Below are positions 42,533 to 52,473 of a stretch of 64,000 nt of DNA, piece after piece. The notes below the pieces were generated by a model that was not told the DNA's origin, made no database searches, and saw only the letters and a list, made by a program, of their open reading frames with translations. The stretch's first letter is position 1. Each line of letters opens with the position of its first letter. Where the stretch lies: the NCBI GenBank assembly GCA_041648935.1, contig JBAZOA010000001.1, positions 2,433 through 66,432 of the forward strand, given 5' to 3'. The translations under genes and the position numbers were made by a program. Source of the stretch: Candidatus Omnitrophota bacterium. Lineage in GTDB: Bacteria; Omnitrophota; Gorgyraeia; Gorgyraeales; Gorgyraeaceae.

Positions 42533-45500
42533 CTACAGGCAGGCTCCGGAAGCCCGGAGCGGATAGAATAAACCCATGAATTCTGTTGTCTCTTGCATGG
42601 CTGATCTTGTCCCGTCCCACAGCCCTCGCGTAAGTTCGTCCTGCCGGACGCCGTCGCTGTAAAATCTTTTTACAATCCCGGATTCCAGCGGATCGCGGCT
42701 ATCCTTATTTATAACCACGACATCCTCATCGCCCAGTTGATTCGCCAGTCTCCGTAAATCGCGCTGACCGTAACCCAGCGTGAACGCGTCTATGACAAAC
42801 CCATCCTCTGTCTCTACCCAATACTGGCCATTATACATGACATGCGCCTTTATCCCGCGCTCCTTGAAAAGCCTTTCTACAATAATTTCCGCGTGCCTCT
42901 TGCACGCGCCGGCGGTACCCTTTAAAAACTCATGCACATCACGCGCCAGGCCATTATACAAAAGCTTTTTCTCATCCAAACTGACTCCGGATATATCAAT
43001 ATCCCCCCAATCCCAAGAAGTCACTCTCGCCCCGTCTTTTTCTAAAGTCAAACACACAACCCTGACCGGATAGTTAATAAACGGCCTGTTTGCCATCGCG
43101 AAAGTGAAGTTAGATTCCGACCCAACCTCATCCCAAAGAATGACTTTTTTACGCGGCCTGTTCAACAATGTTTCCAGATGCATGTCAAAGAAATGACCTA
43201 AATACATGTCATATGACATCTCATTATTAAGGATATGCTCCTTATCTTTATATAACAACTTCAGATAAAGATCATTGTTACGCGAAACAGTGTCATCCCC
43301 ATCCCTGATCCTGCGAAAACCGCCGGCAAAAAGCTGGTCTATTATAACTAAAATCTCTTCCGGATTAAACATGCCCGCATTATATCTATATTTTTCATCA
43401 ACCTTTACGCCGGGATTCATGATGGTTTTCGCGAGAGTACTTTTTCCCCTCACGCCGGCCTCAGAATCAAGCAAGAACAGCACGGGCTTCTCTGATTCGG
43501 ATATATGGCGGCCCGCGTAGTCAAGGGCCTGCTGTGTATCGGAAAATCTGGCTTGTTTTTTCATTTCCTCTATTTTTTGAACCGCATCCCCAAGATACTC
43601 TAACCCAAAAATAAACCCTCTATCAAGAATAAAACGATCCAGAAACTTGCCAAGCATACTATCCATCATACTATTAAAAATAAATTTCTCTCTTCCTAAG
43701 GTATCCCACTCAGGAACAGCCTCGCCGCATCTCTTAATTATATCTCTATATTCATCCTCTGTTATTTGTATCGCGGCGGCGCGCTTTCCCGAACCCGGAA
43801 ACATGAACACCGTATCTCTCGCGAAAAATTTTGAGCGCAGGTCCGGCATTTTATCGGAATATGTCTTCACGAATAACAGCGCCGGCAGATGATTCAATTC
43901 CTGATCGCTCAATTTCCCCCAATCTCTGCCCATCTGCTTGGCCGCGTAAGAAACAACATCTCTAAGCGCCGTATCCAGCATTTCCCTGAAATCAGCGACA
44001 TCAAGTTTTCTGGCGTTTCTGTTTATAATATAAGCGGTCCCGTGAAAATCTGTGGTCAGGGCCCTGTTCAGCTGCGAGCGGGGCAGTCCATGAATACCTA
44101 TATTGGGCAGAGAATCTATAATCTGTCTTGCCACTGTATCGTCCCGCCATATTTCTAACATATTATTGGACGCCAGTGTCCCGCCGGCCGCGGCTAATCC
44201 GGCGTAAGCCTGATTCTTTTTAAATTCAGCGCTCCTTAAAAACATCAGATACGCCTTTACCTTCCCGAGGCTCCTTTTCTGGCCTGTCATCGACCTTACT
44301 ACGCCTGTATACCTGGCCGCCGCGGCATAGTGATAAAAATAAGGAGGATAGTAAGACGAGTTGAAAATCCCGCTATATCGATCCTCAAATTCAGGCCCTG
44401 TGATTTTTTGAAACTTATCCACAACCCACGAATCTGAATGCTGTTTCATCTTAGAGACATCCGGTATCGCCTTCTCGTCTTTATTGCTGTCAAGTATCCC
44501 GTCTACCGCGGTCCTTATGGCCTTCGCGGCAAGCAATATGTTCACCGCGTCTATGCCCGCCACCCCGATTAATAACCCCTTATTGACTGTTATATATCCC
44601 TGCCGGATGCCGTATTCCTCAGAGTATGAGACAAGATTAAGATCGATAAATTCCTGGAACGCCGCCCTGTCTTTTTCGCCGGTAATCATTGAAAACAAAA
44701 GCTCCTTATTGTCGTATAACAAAGTCAAGACATCGTCTTTCGCGATGAAATCCGCCCTCACGTTGGCCATGCCTGTCGTATTTCTAAAATCAAACATGCC
44801 CATCAATTCCGAGAGATACTCTTTTACAGCCCTTTTTATGGAATTCTGATTATCAGAATCCAGTTTTTCCTCGTACGCCACCCCGGCCAGAAACTCCGGT
44901 TCAAGACCATACTGCCCCGCGGCGAACCTTATCGCCTTTGCGCGCGAAGGGGTTAGAAAACCTTTTACTATTTTCATATCTTCTTTGGATAAAAGGCTTT
45001 TCTTTGTCGCTCTGGAGGCGCGGAAATATCTCAGCTGGGCGGCAAAGGCCCTTTCCTCAACATATCTTTCTTTGTGAAGGGGGCTGAGCAAATCCTCCCG
45101 CTCCGCCTTTTCGCGGGAAGAAGGCTCTCCGAGTTCCAGCGCCAATCTCCCTGCGCCCAAAAGCAATAAGAGACCGCCTCCCCTCTTCACCCCCCTGCTA
45201 AGGAACTCCCTTCTTGATATGTTTTTATTGGAGGCTAAAGTTACCGGGCCTTTATCTATTACTAATGGCGTGATCGCCAGAGGCAGCGTTCCGCCCTCAT
45301 TAGATTTAACCTGTTCTAACTGCGACAACAGAGGATCCAATAAATCAAAGGACAGATTTTTCACGTTGGCGGGCAGATCAAACTGCTTGGAGTCCCCGGA
45401 ATTAACAAATGACAGGGCAACCCCTCCTTTTATCTGCGGCATGACTATGCCCGTGACCTTTTTAATCCTGGTTAATGTTTCCTGCACCATCTTAGAGTCT

Positions 45501-48500
45501 TTTATGTCAGAAAAGAATTTTTCTACCGTCTCGGTATGATTCGCGGCATGCGGATGCAAATTCACCAAAGAATGCCCCTGCAGAAGGTCGTCGTCGATTG
45601 TGATCAAAGAGGCTTTATTGAAAATGTCAAGCCCGAGACCCTTGCTGAAAACATCATCCACGTAAGCCAATGAAACGAGTTTTCCGACCTGCCAATTGCC
45701 GGTTATCGGCACAATCCTTTCTATTGTCCTTCCGTCTCCGGACCACCTGCCCTTATTGACGCGCACATAAGTCATCAATTTATAATGCGGGTCGTCAATC
45801 ATGACACCCTTGACGATAAAATCAAAATCAGACCTTTTTATCCCCAGCCTGGTAAAATCTTCCGTATTTTCTATGTATCTCTTGGCCTTTCTTATCCCTT
45901 TCAAAACGTCTTTTCTGTTTATCTCCCCTGGTATCTGAACAAGCGCGGCGCCATGACTGACTATGCCCGCTATGACATTGTCATTGCCGCGCAAGACCTC
46001 CAATAGTTTCTTTAAATTTTTTATCTTTGGCTGTCTGCGCAAATCCCACAGTGTCTCATCTATATCGAACATGACTATGACAGGCTCTTTGATATCTTGC
46101 AGCGTATCGGAGATAGCCTTTAACCTGTTATTATCATCATCTTCTGAAACATTTATCAAAACAGGATAATCTCTTATCCTGCGGGTCATGTCCGCGAAAG
46201 AAGGTTCTACAAAATAATTGACCGCCATTTCCTGTTTGCCTGTCAAATGGTCTCTGGCCAAGGCGACATTTATGATCTCAAGACCTTCCTCAACGTATGG
46301 CGCCAATAAATCCTCTTTCAATATACGGAACACCTTATAACTATTAATCCCGTCGTATAACACAATTTCGTTGGAATCCAGACTGACAGAAAGTTCTTCC
46401 AGGATATTATCCAGCTGCCCCTTGGACACGTTTCTCAGCCTGTATCCTATCTGATGCTTATCTTCGTCTACCCGGCCTATTTTTTTAGCTCCAAGCTCTC
46501 TCTGAAGCCGGATCGTAAAAATAGTCTTGCCTGACATTTGATTGCCGTTAATTAAAATGAGTTTCTTTTTCCCCGGATTTTCCATTACCATGGCTTTGAT
46601 TTTCTTGACTCCCTCATCCAAAGAAAAGCTCCCCGCTTTCTTTTCCATGATACTGGCGTCCAGCCTGCCTTTTAGTATCCCGGCGTTGGAGGCCATGCCG
46701 CCGCTTCCATTCGCGCCATCAAATCTGTCTCTGAAGCTATCTTTGGATTCCGCTGAATTCGCCAGGGGCGCCCTTAATTTCCCGTTCACCTCGCTTATCA
46801 GCTCTTCTATGGGCTTTCGCTTGCCGGACAATAAATATTTATAATTCTCCTCGTCTATCTCCGTGCTGGAATACGGCGTTATGACTACGTATGAATATCC
46901 GTTTTCCTTTAATAACCTTGTTATCCCCTCCGTATGGAACCCCCCTGATATCAGGGCGGCAGTCTTGACTTTGCGTTTTTCTATCTCGCTCGCCGCGTTA
47001 TCGAATAAAACATTGTCCCTTTTGCGCGCGATCTCATAGAAACGCTCAAGCTGAGAAAAATGTCCATCTATCAAGGCGGGATCATAATCCGCCGCCGTCC
47101 GTATATTATATTTGGGCAGGTTTTCCTTTAAGAACCTCTCAAAAAATCCTATCTTGAAATCATCCTTATTTTTAAGATAATAAGTTAATTCCTCGTTTGA
47201 GAGTCTGAGGTTAAAAAATGAATCCAGGATCTTTATGTGCCTCAGGGCCTTCGAGAGAAATCTCTGGTCTGAATTTTCAGACAAGCTGTCTTTTATTTGG
47301 GAGGCCAGATCTTCTATCTCATTAAAGAGCTTTACCGCGTCAAGGGAATTGGCCTTTCTCAGATAAGCCAAAAACCGCCTGACATCCTGAAAATCGCTTA
47401 ATTCGTCCGTTAAATGCCTTTGGGCCAATTCATCCAGATAACCATAAAAAGAATATGGCGAGATCTTTTGGTCCTTGAATAAGGACGCCTTGGCAAGCAA
47501 GGTCTCTGTCTCGCTTTTATTATCCTTCTCTGTCAGGACAGCCTGAAGTCTCGCCAGCAAATCCTGAGAGTCGTTTTTAATTTTTTCCTGGTCTATTGTT
47601 TTTTCAAAATCAAGCGATTCTTTCAGTATCGCTATATTTTTAAAGCCGCTTATATCCATATCCCCGACCAGGGCGAGAAGATAATTCAAATATTCATTCG
47701 TTCCCAGCTTGGCGCGTTCATATTCTTTTTCCTTCGCGTCTATTTTCAGGAGTTCGGAGGAATACATCTTTGGCTTCAACTCTTCCAGCGCCGATTTGAC
47801 CTGGTCAATCACAAACTGGCTATCCGCGGAATATTCCATTATCTTGTTAAACTCCGCGATATTTTCGAAATAAAGCCCCTTATCCTCGATACCCCATATC
47901 GGAAGCTCGGGATATTTTGTTATGGACAGATATTCCTCTCCGGTGAGTTCCCCTGATTCCACAAAGAGCCTGGCTGTCTTTTCACGGACCTCTGGGTCAG
48001 GAAAACCAGCCACGGAACTCGTATCAACCTCGCCCTCGGCCCCCTCTGAACACACGAGGCCCAGATCATAATCTTTTATCAAAATCTCCAAAATACCGGC
48101 CAGGTTAAAACTCGCTTCCGGGTTAGTGTGCAGGTCCTGGATATGGACCACTAACGGCTTTCTCGCCTTTTGGTCCGCGCCTTGGGCCTCATACACCTCA
48201 ATTACCTTTCCTGTCGTTTCCGGTATATATATGCTAGATATATCTTTGAAAGAAGATAACTTTACGCTATGAGATATATCTTTATCGTAAACGCTGGATT
48301 TGGAGGCATGGGCCTTGCCCGACAGGATATCCGTCTTTTTCTGAATCTCCGATTCTCTTTGCTCCTGTATCTTTTTGTAATCAGGTCTTTTGCCCTTGAA
48401 TATACTCCTGTCGCTTGGCTCAGGATAGACCGCGCCAGTGGCCAAAAATACCTGGACCAACAATAAAGATATTATTTTTATTGATATTCTTTTTTGAGGG

Positions 48501-48649
48501 TTCAGCATGGTTAAAAAAATCCCGGGCACGTCCCTTATTAGTATGTGGTCTCTGCCATGGGAGAGAGGCCATATTAAGAGGCGATGCCCGAGAAATATCC
48601 TTTTTAACAAAAAGGCCAGGTCTCCTTCTACCTGGCTATTGAGACCCAT
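42533..48649 (-). CDS. Giant multidomain protein (2038 aa) with two P-loop kinase-like motifs, a HAD-like motif and an internal TM segment
   Basis: Uninterrupted 6.1 kb ORF. Motifs include a signal-like MLNPQKRISIKIISLLLVQVFLATGAV, LILINGNQMSGKT and VLFLLDSEAGVRGKSTLAKTI (AAA_33/zeta-toxin-like P-loops), VIVMFDIDETLWD (HAD motif I), and an internal SRREFLSRG-GGGLLLLLGAG TM segment. Confidence 0.5.
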   Translation of the reverse strand: MGLNSQVEGDLAFLLKRIFLGHRLLIWPLSHGRDHILIRDVPGIFLTMLNPQKRISIKIISLLLVQVFLATGAVYPEPSDRSIFKGKRPDYKKIQEQRESEIQKKTDILSGKAHASKSSVYDKDISHSVKLSSFKDISSIYIPETTGKVIEVYEAQGADQKARKPLVVHIQDLHTNPEASFNLAGILEILIKDYDLGLVCSEGAEGEVDTSSVAGFPDPEVREKTARLFVESGELTGEEYLSITKYPELPIWGIEDKGLYFENIAEFNKIMEYSADSQFVIDQVKSALEELKPKMYSSELLKIDAKEKEYERAKLGTNEYLNYLLALVGDMDISGFKNIAILKESLDFEKTIDQEKIKNDSQDLLARLQAVLTEKDNKSETETLLAKASLFKDQKISPYSFYGYLDELAQRHLTDELSDFQDVRRFLAYLRKANSLDAVKLFNEIEDLASQIKDSLSENSDQRFLSKALRHIKILDSFFNLRLSNEELTYYLKNKDDFKIGFFERFLKENLPKYNIRTAADYDPALIDGHFSQLERFYEIARKRDNVLFDNAASEIEKRKVKTAALISGGFHTEGITRLLKENGYSYVVITPYSSTEIDEENYKYLLSGKRKPIEELISEVNGKLRAPLANSAESKDSFRDRFDGANGSGGMASNAGILKGRLDASIMEKKAGSFSLDEGVKKIKAMVMENPGKKKLILINGNQMSGKTIFTIRLQRELGAKKIGRVDEDKHQIGYRLRNVSKGQLDNILEELSVSLDSNEIVLYDGINSYKVFRILKEDLLAPYVEEGLEIINVALARDHLTGKQEMAVNYFVEPSFADMTRRIRDYPVLINVSEDDDNNRLKAISDTLQDIKEPVIVMFDIDETLWDLRRQPKIKNLKKLLEVLRGNDNVIAGIVSHGAALVQIPGEINRKDVLKGIRKAKRYIENTEDFTRLGIKRSDFDFIVKGVMIDDPHYKLMTYVRVNKGRWSGDGRTIERIVPITGNWQVGKLVSLAYVDDVFSKGLGLDIFNKASLITIDDDLLQGHSLVNLHPHAANHTETVEKFFSDIKDSKMVQETLTRIKKVTGIVMPQIKGGVALSFVNSGDSKQFDLPANVKNLSFDLLDPLLSQLEQVKSNEGGTLPLAITPLVIDKGPVTLASNKNISRREFLSRGVKRGGGLLLLLGAGRLALELGEPSSREKAEREDLLSPLHKERYVEERAFAAQLRYFRASRATKKSLLSKEDMKIVKGFLTPSRAKAIRFAAGQYGLEPEFLAGVAYEEKLDSDNQNSIKRAVKEYLSELMGMFDFRNTTGMANVRADFIAKDDVLTLLYDNKELLFSMITGEKDRAAFQEFIDLNLVSYSEEYGIRQGYITVNKGLLIGVAGIDAVNILLAAKAIRTAVDGILDSNKDEKAIPDVSKMKQHSDSWVVDKFQKITGPEFEDRYSGIFNSSYYPPYFYHYAAAARYTGVVRSMTGQKRSLGKVKAYLMFLRSAEFKKNQAYAGLAAAGGTLASNNMLEIWRDDTVARQIIDSLPNIGIHGLPRSQLNRALTTDFHGTAYIINRNARKLDVADFREMLDTALRDVVSYAAKQMGRDWGKLSDQELNHLPALLFVKTYSDKMPDLRSKFFARDTVFMFPGSGKRAAAIQITEDEYRDIIKRCGEAVPEWDTLGREKFIFNSMMDSMLGKFLDRFILDRGFIFGLEYLGDAVQKIEEMKKQARFSDTQQALDYAGRHISESEKPVLFLLDSEAGVRGKSTLAKTIMNPGVKVDEKYRYNAGMFNPEEILVIIDQLFAGGFRRIRDGDDTVSRNNDLYLKLLYKDKEHILNNEMSYDMYLGHFFDMHLETLLNRPRKKVILWDEVGSESNFTFAMANRPFINYPVRVVCLTLEKDGARVTSWDWGDIDISGVSLDEKKLLYNGLARDVHEFLKGTAGACKRHAEIIVERLFKERGIKAHVMYNGQYWVETEDGFVIDAFTLGYGQRDLRRLANQLGDEDVVVINKDSRDPLESGIVKRFYSDGVRQDELTRGLWDGTRSAMQETTEFMGLFYPLRASGACL

Positions 48650-48697
48650 GGCTACTTAAAATCAAATTTTGATTAACTCTTTTATAAACTCTATCAT

Positions 48698-48725
48698 AAG
48701 TATACCACAAAACTTAATTTTGTCA
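48698..48725 (-). promoter_or_regulatory. Sigma-70-like promoter (TTGACA-16-TATACT) for the giant gene
   Basis: Minus strand reads TTGACAaaattaagttttgtggTATACT, about 45 nt upstream of the annotated start. Confidence 0.45.
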
Positions 48726-48751
48726 AGGTCTCCTCCAATCTTTGTTGCGTG

Positions 48752-49303
48752 TCAAGTTGTTGGCAGGGTTATGGTCTTTTGGGATTGATAACGGCCTTTG
48801 CGGTCAGCGTAGGTGACCTGACATTGCTCATTCGATTGAAAAAATACCACTTGAGCCATGCCCTCATTGGCGTAAAGCTTTACAGCGGAAGGAGATGTAT
48901 TGCTTATCTCCATTGTGATATATCCATCCCAGGAAGGTTCCAGGGGCGTGACATTCACGACCACGCCTATCCTGGCATAAGTGCTCTTACCCGAGCAGAG
49001 CGCCAGGACATCGCTGGGAATTTTAAAGTACTCGAACGATCTCGCTAAAACAAATGAGTTTGGGGGAATGACGCAGATGGGGCCCTTAAAATCCTCAAAT
49101 AAATCGGATCTCGCGTTCTTGGGATCCAGGATATCGCCGGAAGAACCCTTGTATATCTTGAATTCATCGGCTATGCGTATGTCATAACCGTAACTCGAAA
49201 GGCCGAAAGAGATATTCCCTTTTTTTATTTGATCGGGTTCGAACGGCTTTATCATTTCATATTCCAAGGCCATTCTTTTGATCCAGGCATCGGGTTTCAG
49301 CAT
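48752..49303 (-). CDS. dcd: dCTP deaminase
   Basis: 183 aa with the Dcd fold ([27 protein letters not shown]). Confidence 0.9.
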   Translation of the reverse strand: MLKPDAWIKRMALEYEMIKPFEPDQIKKGNISFGLSSYGYDIRIADEFKIYKGSSGDILDPKNARSDLFEDFKGPICVIPPNSFVLARSFEYFKIPSDVLALCSGKSTYARIGVVVNVTPLEPSWDGYITMEISNTSPSAVKLYANEGMAQVVFFQSNEQCQVTYADRKGRYQSQKTITLPTT

Positions 49304-51591
49304 TTAGAATATCCGCACGAACGACAGACCACGCAGCCCTCCTCGTGCCTCAGGGCGGCTCCGCAATCAGGACAAACCCCGACCACGTTACCCAGCTTAT
49401 CCTCTATCATTGTGTGAGGGGAATGATGCTCCAGCTCTTCTTCTTTATGATGCATCTTGCCGTTGCCGAGCCTCAATTCAAGGACCCTGGCGATGGCGTC
49501 GGAACAGGAGAAGATCCTCCCCGTCTTTTCCCAAGAGGGGGACGGGCAGCGTATGCCTCTTAACTGCTCCACGATCTTGCTGTTCTCGACCCCTGAACGA
49601 AGCGCCAATGACACCAGACGGCCTATCGCCTCCAGCTGACTGGCGGCGCAGCCTCCGGCCTTGCCCATCTGGATAAAGACCTCGAAAGGCAGATTATTAT
49701 CGTCCACGTTTATGGTGATATAAAGGTTCCCGCATCCTGTCGCGACCTTTGTCGTGGTGCCCTTGGTGACTATCGGCCTGGGTCTCGGGGCGACGCCTTT
49801 TTTATCCTTTGTCTCAGCGTTGGCGCCGGATGGGTTTTGTTTCTTGCTGTCGATATTCAACACTTGCTCCTCCCTGCTTTTATCTCTATATATGGTCACT
49901 CCCTTGCATCCCAATTTAAAGGCCAGCATGTAAACCTCTCTCACCTCTTCCTTTGTCGCGTCGTGCGGAAAATTCACGGTCTTGGAAACCGCGTTATCCG
50001 TGTATTTCTGAAACGCCGCCTGCATCCTTATATGCCATAAAGGGGCAATGTCGTGGGATGTGACAAAGATCTTCCTGTATCTCTCCGGCACCTCGGAAAT
50101 CTCTCTCACGGAACCTTTTTCCGCGACGGTCTCCATAAGCTCCCTTGAATAAAACCCCTCTTTCTTCGCTATCTCCTCGAATAACGGGTTGGCCTCCACG
50201 AGCTTATCGTTATCCATCACATTCCTGTAATAGGACAGGGCGAATATGGGCTCTATGCCGCTCGACGTATTTGATATGATCGAGATGGTCCCCGTGGGCG
50301 CTATCGTGGTCAAGGTAGCGTTCCTGATCTTTTCCGCGCCGTCTTTACCGAACACGCTTTGGCTGAAAGACGAGAACTCGCCTTTCATGCCGGCCAGCTC
50401 GATTGATTTTTTTCTCGCCTCCTCATTTATAAAACCCATCAATCTCTCGGCCAGCTTCACGGCCTCTTCGCTGTTATACGACATGTCCAATTTTATCAGC
50501 ATGTCGGCCCAGCCCATGATGCCCAGGCCTATCTTTCTATTCTTCTTTGTCATCTCCTCTATCTGATCCAGCGGAAACCTGTTCATGTCAATGACGTTAT
50601 CCAGAAAATGCACCCCCAGACGCGTCAGGCGTTTTAATTTTTCCCAATCGACTTCCTTGCCGCCGTTTTCGGACACGACCTTGGAAAGATTTATCGAACC
50701 GAGATTACAGCTCTCAAAAGGCAACAGCGGCTGCTCTCCGCATGGATTGGTGCTTTCTATGTTCCCCAGCGAAGGCGTGGGATTGTCCTTGTTTATCCTG
50801 TCGATAAACACTATGCCCGGCTCCCCGTTCTTCCAGGCCATGTCCACGATCAGGTCAAACACCTCTTTTGCCCTGAGCCTCCTGACCTCCTTGTGATCGT
50901 GCGGGTCTATCAAGGAATACTCCGAATCCTCTATCACCTTGTTCATAAAATCTTCGGTGATGGCGATGGAGATATTAAAATTGGTTATCTCCTTGTCGCT
51001 CTCCTTGCATTTGATGAATTCCAGGATATCCGGATGGTCCACTCTCAGGATGCCCATGTTCGCGCCCCTGCGGGTACCTCCCTGTTTCACGGCCTGCGTG
51101 GCTGAATTAAACACCTTCATGAAAGACACCGGACCGCTGGAAACGCCTCCTGTCGAGCGCACGACGCTGTTTTTCGGTCTAAGGCGGGAAAAATTGAAAC
51201 CCGTGCCGCCGCCTGATTTATGGATCATGGCGGTATTCTTTATCGCCTCGAAAATCGATTCCATCGAATCTTCCACCGGAAGGACAAAACACGCGGACAG
51301 CTGACCCAGGTCCTTGCCGGCGTTCATCAGGGTAGGGCTGTTAGGCATGAACTCAAAATTAGATATCGCGTCATAAAACTCGTTCTCGACCTCTTTTATT
51401 TCCTTGTCGGTGGCGCCGTATAATCCGTCAGCGGACGCTATGTATCTCGCGACCCTCCTGCACATCTCCTCCGGCGTTTCTATCACCTTTCCCTGCTCAT
51501 CCTTAGTAAGATAACGTTTTTCAAGTACCTTCAAACAATTTTCCGTGATGTCTAATTTTTTCGCGCTGTTCACTCCTGCCCGCATCTTCAC
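49297..51591 (-). CDS. nrdJ: Class II (adenosylcobalamin-dependent) ribonucleotide reductase with C-terminal zinc ribbon
   Basis: NPCGEQPL active-site motif, B12-RNR architecture, 764 aa, C-terminal CPDCG...CVVCRSCG. Confidence 0.85.
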   Translation of the reverse strand: MKMRAGVNSAKKLDITENCLKVLEKRYLTKDEQGKVIETPEEMCRRVARYIASADGLYGATDKEIKEVENEFYDAISNFEFMPNSPTLMNAGKDLGQLSACFVLPVEDSMESIFEAIKNTAMIHKSGGGTGFNFSRLRPKNSVVRSTGGVSSGPVSFMKVFNSATQAVKQGGTRRGANMGILRVDHPDILEFIKCKESDKEITNFNISIAITEDFMNKVIEDSEYSLIDPHDHKEVRRLRAKEVFDLIVDMAWKNGEPGIVFIDRINKDNPTPSLGNIESTNPCGEQPLLPFESCNLGSINLSKVVSENGGKEVDWEKLKRLTRLGVHFLDNVIDMNRFPLDQIEEMTKKNRKIGLGIMGWADMLIKLDMSYNSEEAVKLAERLMGFINEEARKKSIELAGMKGEFSSFSQSVFGKDGAEKIRNATLTTIAPTGTISIISNTSSGIEPIFALSYYRNVMDNDKLVEANPLFEEIAKKEGFYSRELMETVAEKGSVREISEVPERYRKIFVTSHDIAPLWHIRMQAAFQKYTDNAVSKTVNFPHDATKEEVREVYMLAFKLGCKGVTIYRDKSREEQVLNIDSKKQNPSGANAETKDKKGVAPRPRPIVTKGTTTKVATGCGNLYITINVDDNNLPFEVFIQMGKAGGCAASQLEAIGRLVSLALRSGVENSKIVEQLRGIRCPSPSWEKTGRIFSCSDAIARVLELRLGNGKMHHKEEELEHHSPHTMIEDKLGNVVGVCPDCGAALRHEEGCVVCRSCGYSKC

Positions 51592-51626
51592 CCCCTTAAA
51601 TTTTTTAAAATTTTAATACAAAAACA

Positions 51627-51654
51627 AGTATATCACTTGAAAAATCAGTGTCAA
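51627..51654 (-). promoter_or_regulatory. Sigma-70-like promoter (TTGACA-16-TATACT) for nrdJ-dcd
   Basis: Minus strand reads TTGACActgatttttcaagtgaTATACT, about 35 nt upstream of the AAGGGGGTG SD and ATG. Confidence 0.5.
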
Positions 51655-51717
51655 GTTAAAAATACAACCTATTGATATTTTTTCAGCTAAATCGTCTATA
51701 TATAGTGGTTCGACAGG

Positions 51718-52473
51718 TTAAATTATTTCCACGCCGGCCTTGGGAAGCCAGCCCCTCAGGTCTTTTGAAAGATCTATCTCATACCAGCCCTGGCTTTCTT
51801 TTACCACGCGGACCTCGGTGCCTTCGTGCAGCGTAAACTGTAAAAGATAATCGTCTTTTGGGCCGCTTCTGACGTCTATTTTTTCGGATACGATGACCGC
51901 CTTCATGGCGGCATTCTCTCCCTGTATCTTCGCGGCCAGAAAAACTAAAAAGACAAGTGACATGAAACCGGTTACCCAAACATTATAAAAAATTATCCGC
52001 CTTTTGGAAACAAAAAAGATAAAAAATATTAAAAGCAGCGCCGTGGCCAGATAAAAAACAAAACATGCCGCGGTCAGTTCTTCTATGCTCATCCTGTCGT
52101 ACAAAAAAAACGCGGCGTTTAAAATAAAGCCCCTGTCCGAGATGTTTATCTTGTCTACGGCCATCTCCCGCGCGAGTTTCAGATTCAGGCGCGCGTCCCT
52201 GTCTCTGGGCGCCAGGCGAAGCGCCCTTTCGTAATTCGCGATTGCCATGCCGATCTTTTTTGATTTAAAGAAACTGTTGCCGAGATTGTAAAATACCTCG
52301 GGTGAGACCCTGTCCATCCTGACAAGCGTCTCGTAAAGCGATATCGCCTTGGCGTAATCGCCATTCTCGTAACTAAGATTCGCCTCGGCGTAAATCTCTT
52401 CCGGCGCCTGGGCGGAAGACGCGCCGGCCAAACCAAAAAACATGACGATTAGAAATAACAGCGCCTTTCTCAT
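51718..52473 (-). CDS. batE: BatE-like TPR plus SH3b membrane protein
   Basis: Signal peptide, TPR repeats, TM segments and a C-terminal SH3b motif (VRSGPKDDYLLQFTLHEGTEVRVVKESQGWYEI...GWLP). Confidence 0.65.
   Translation of the reverse strand: MRKALLFLIVMFFGLAGASSAQAPEEIYAEANLSYENGDYAKAISLYETLVRMDRVSPEVFYNLGNSFFKSKKIGMAIANYERALRLAPRDRDARLNLKLAREMAVDKINISDRGFILNAAFFLYDRMSIEELTAACFVFYLATALLLIFFIFFVSKRRIIFYNVWVTGFMSLVFLVFLAAKIQGENAAMKAVIVSEKIDVRSGPKDDYLLQFTLHEGTEVRVVKESQGWYEIDLSKDLRGWLPKAGVEII

Noticed and set aside
45000-45110. A twin-arginine (Tat) signal peptide, and hence a gene start, at the SRREFLSRG...GGGLLLLLGAG segment inside the giant ORF
   Set aside because: There is no in-frame stop or plausible start codon with an SD nearby, and the nearest Met is about 75 codons upstream. 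It was treated as an internal TM segment or fusion relic, and flagged within the giant-protein finding.
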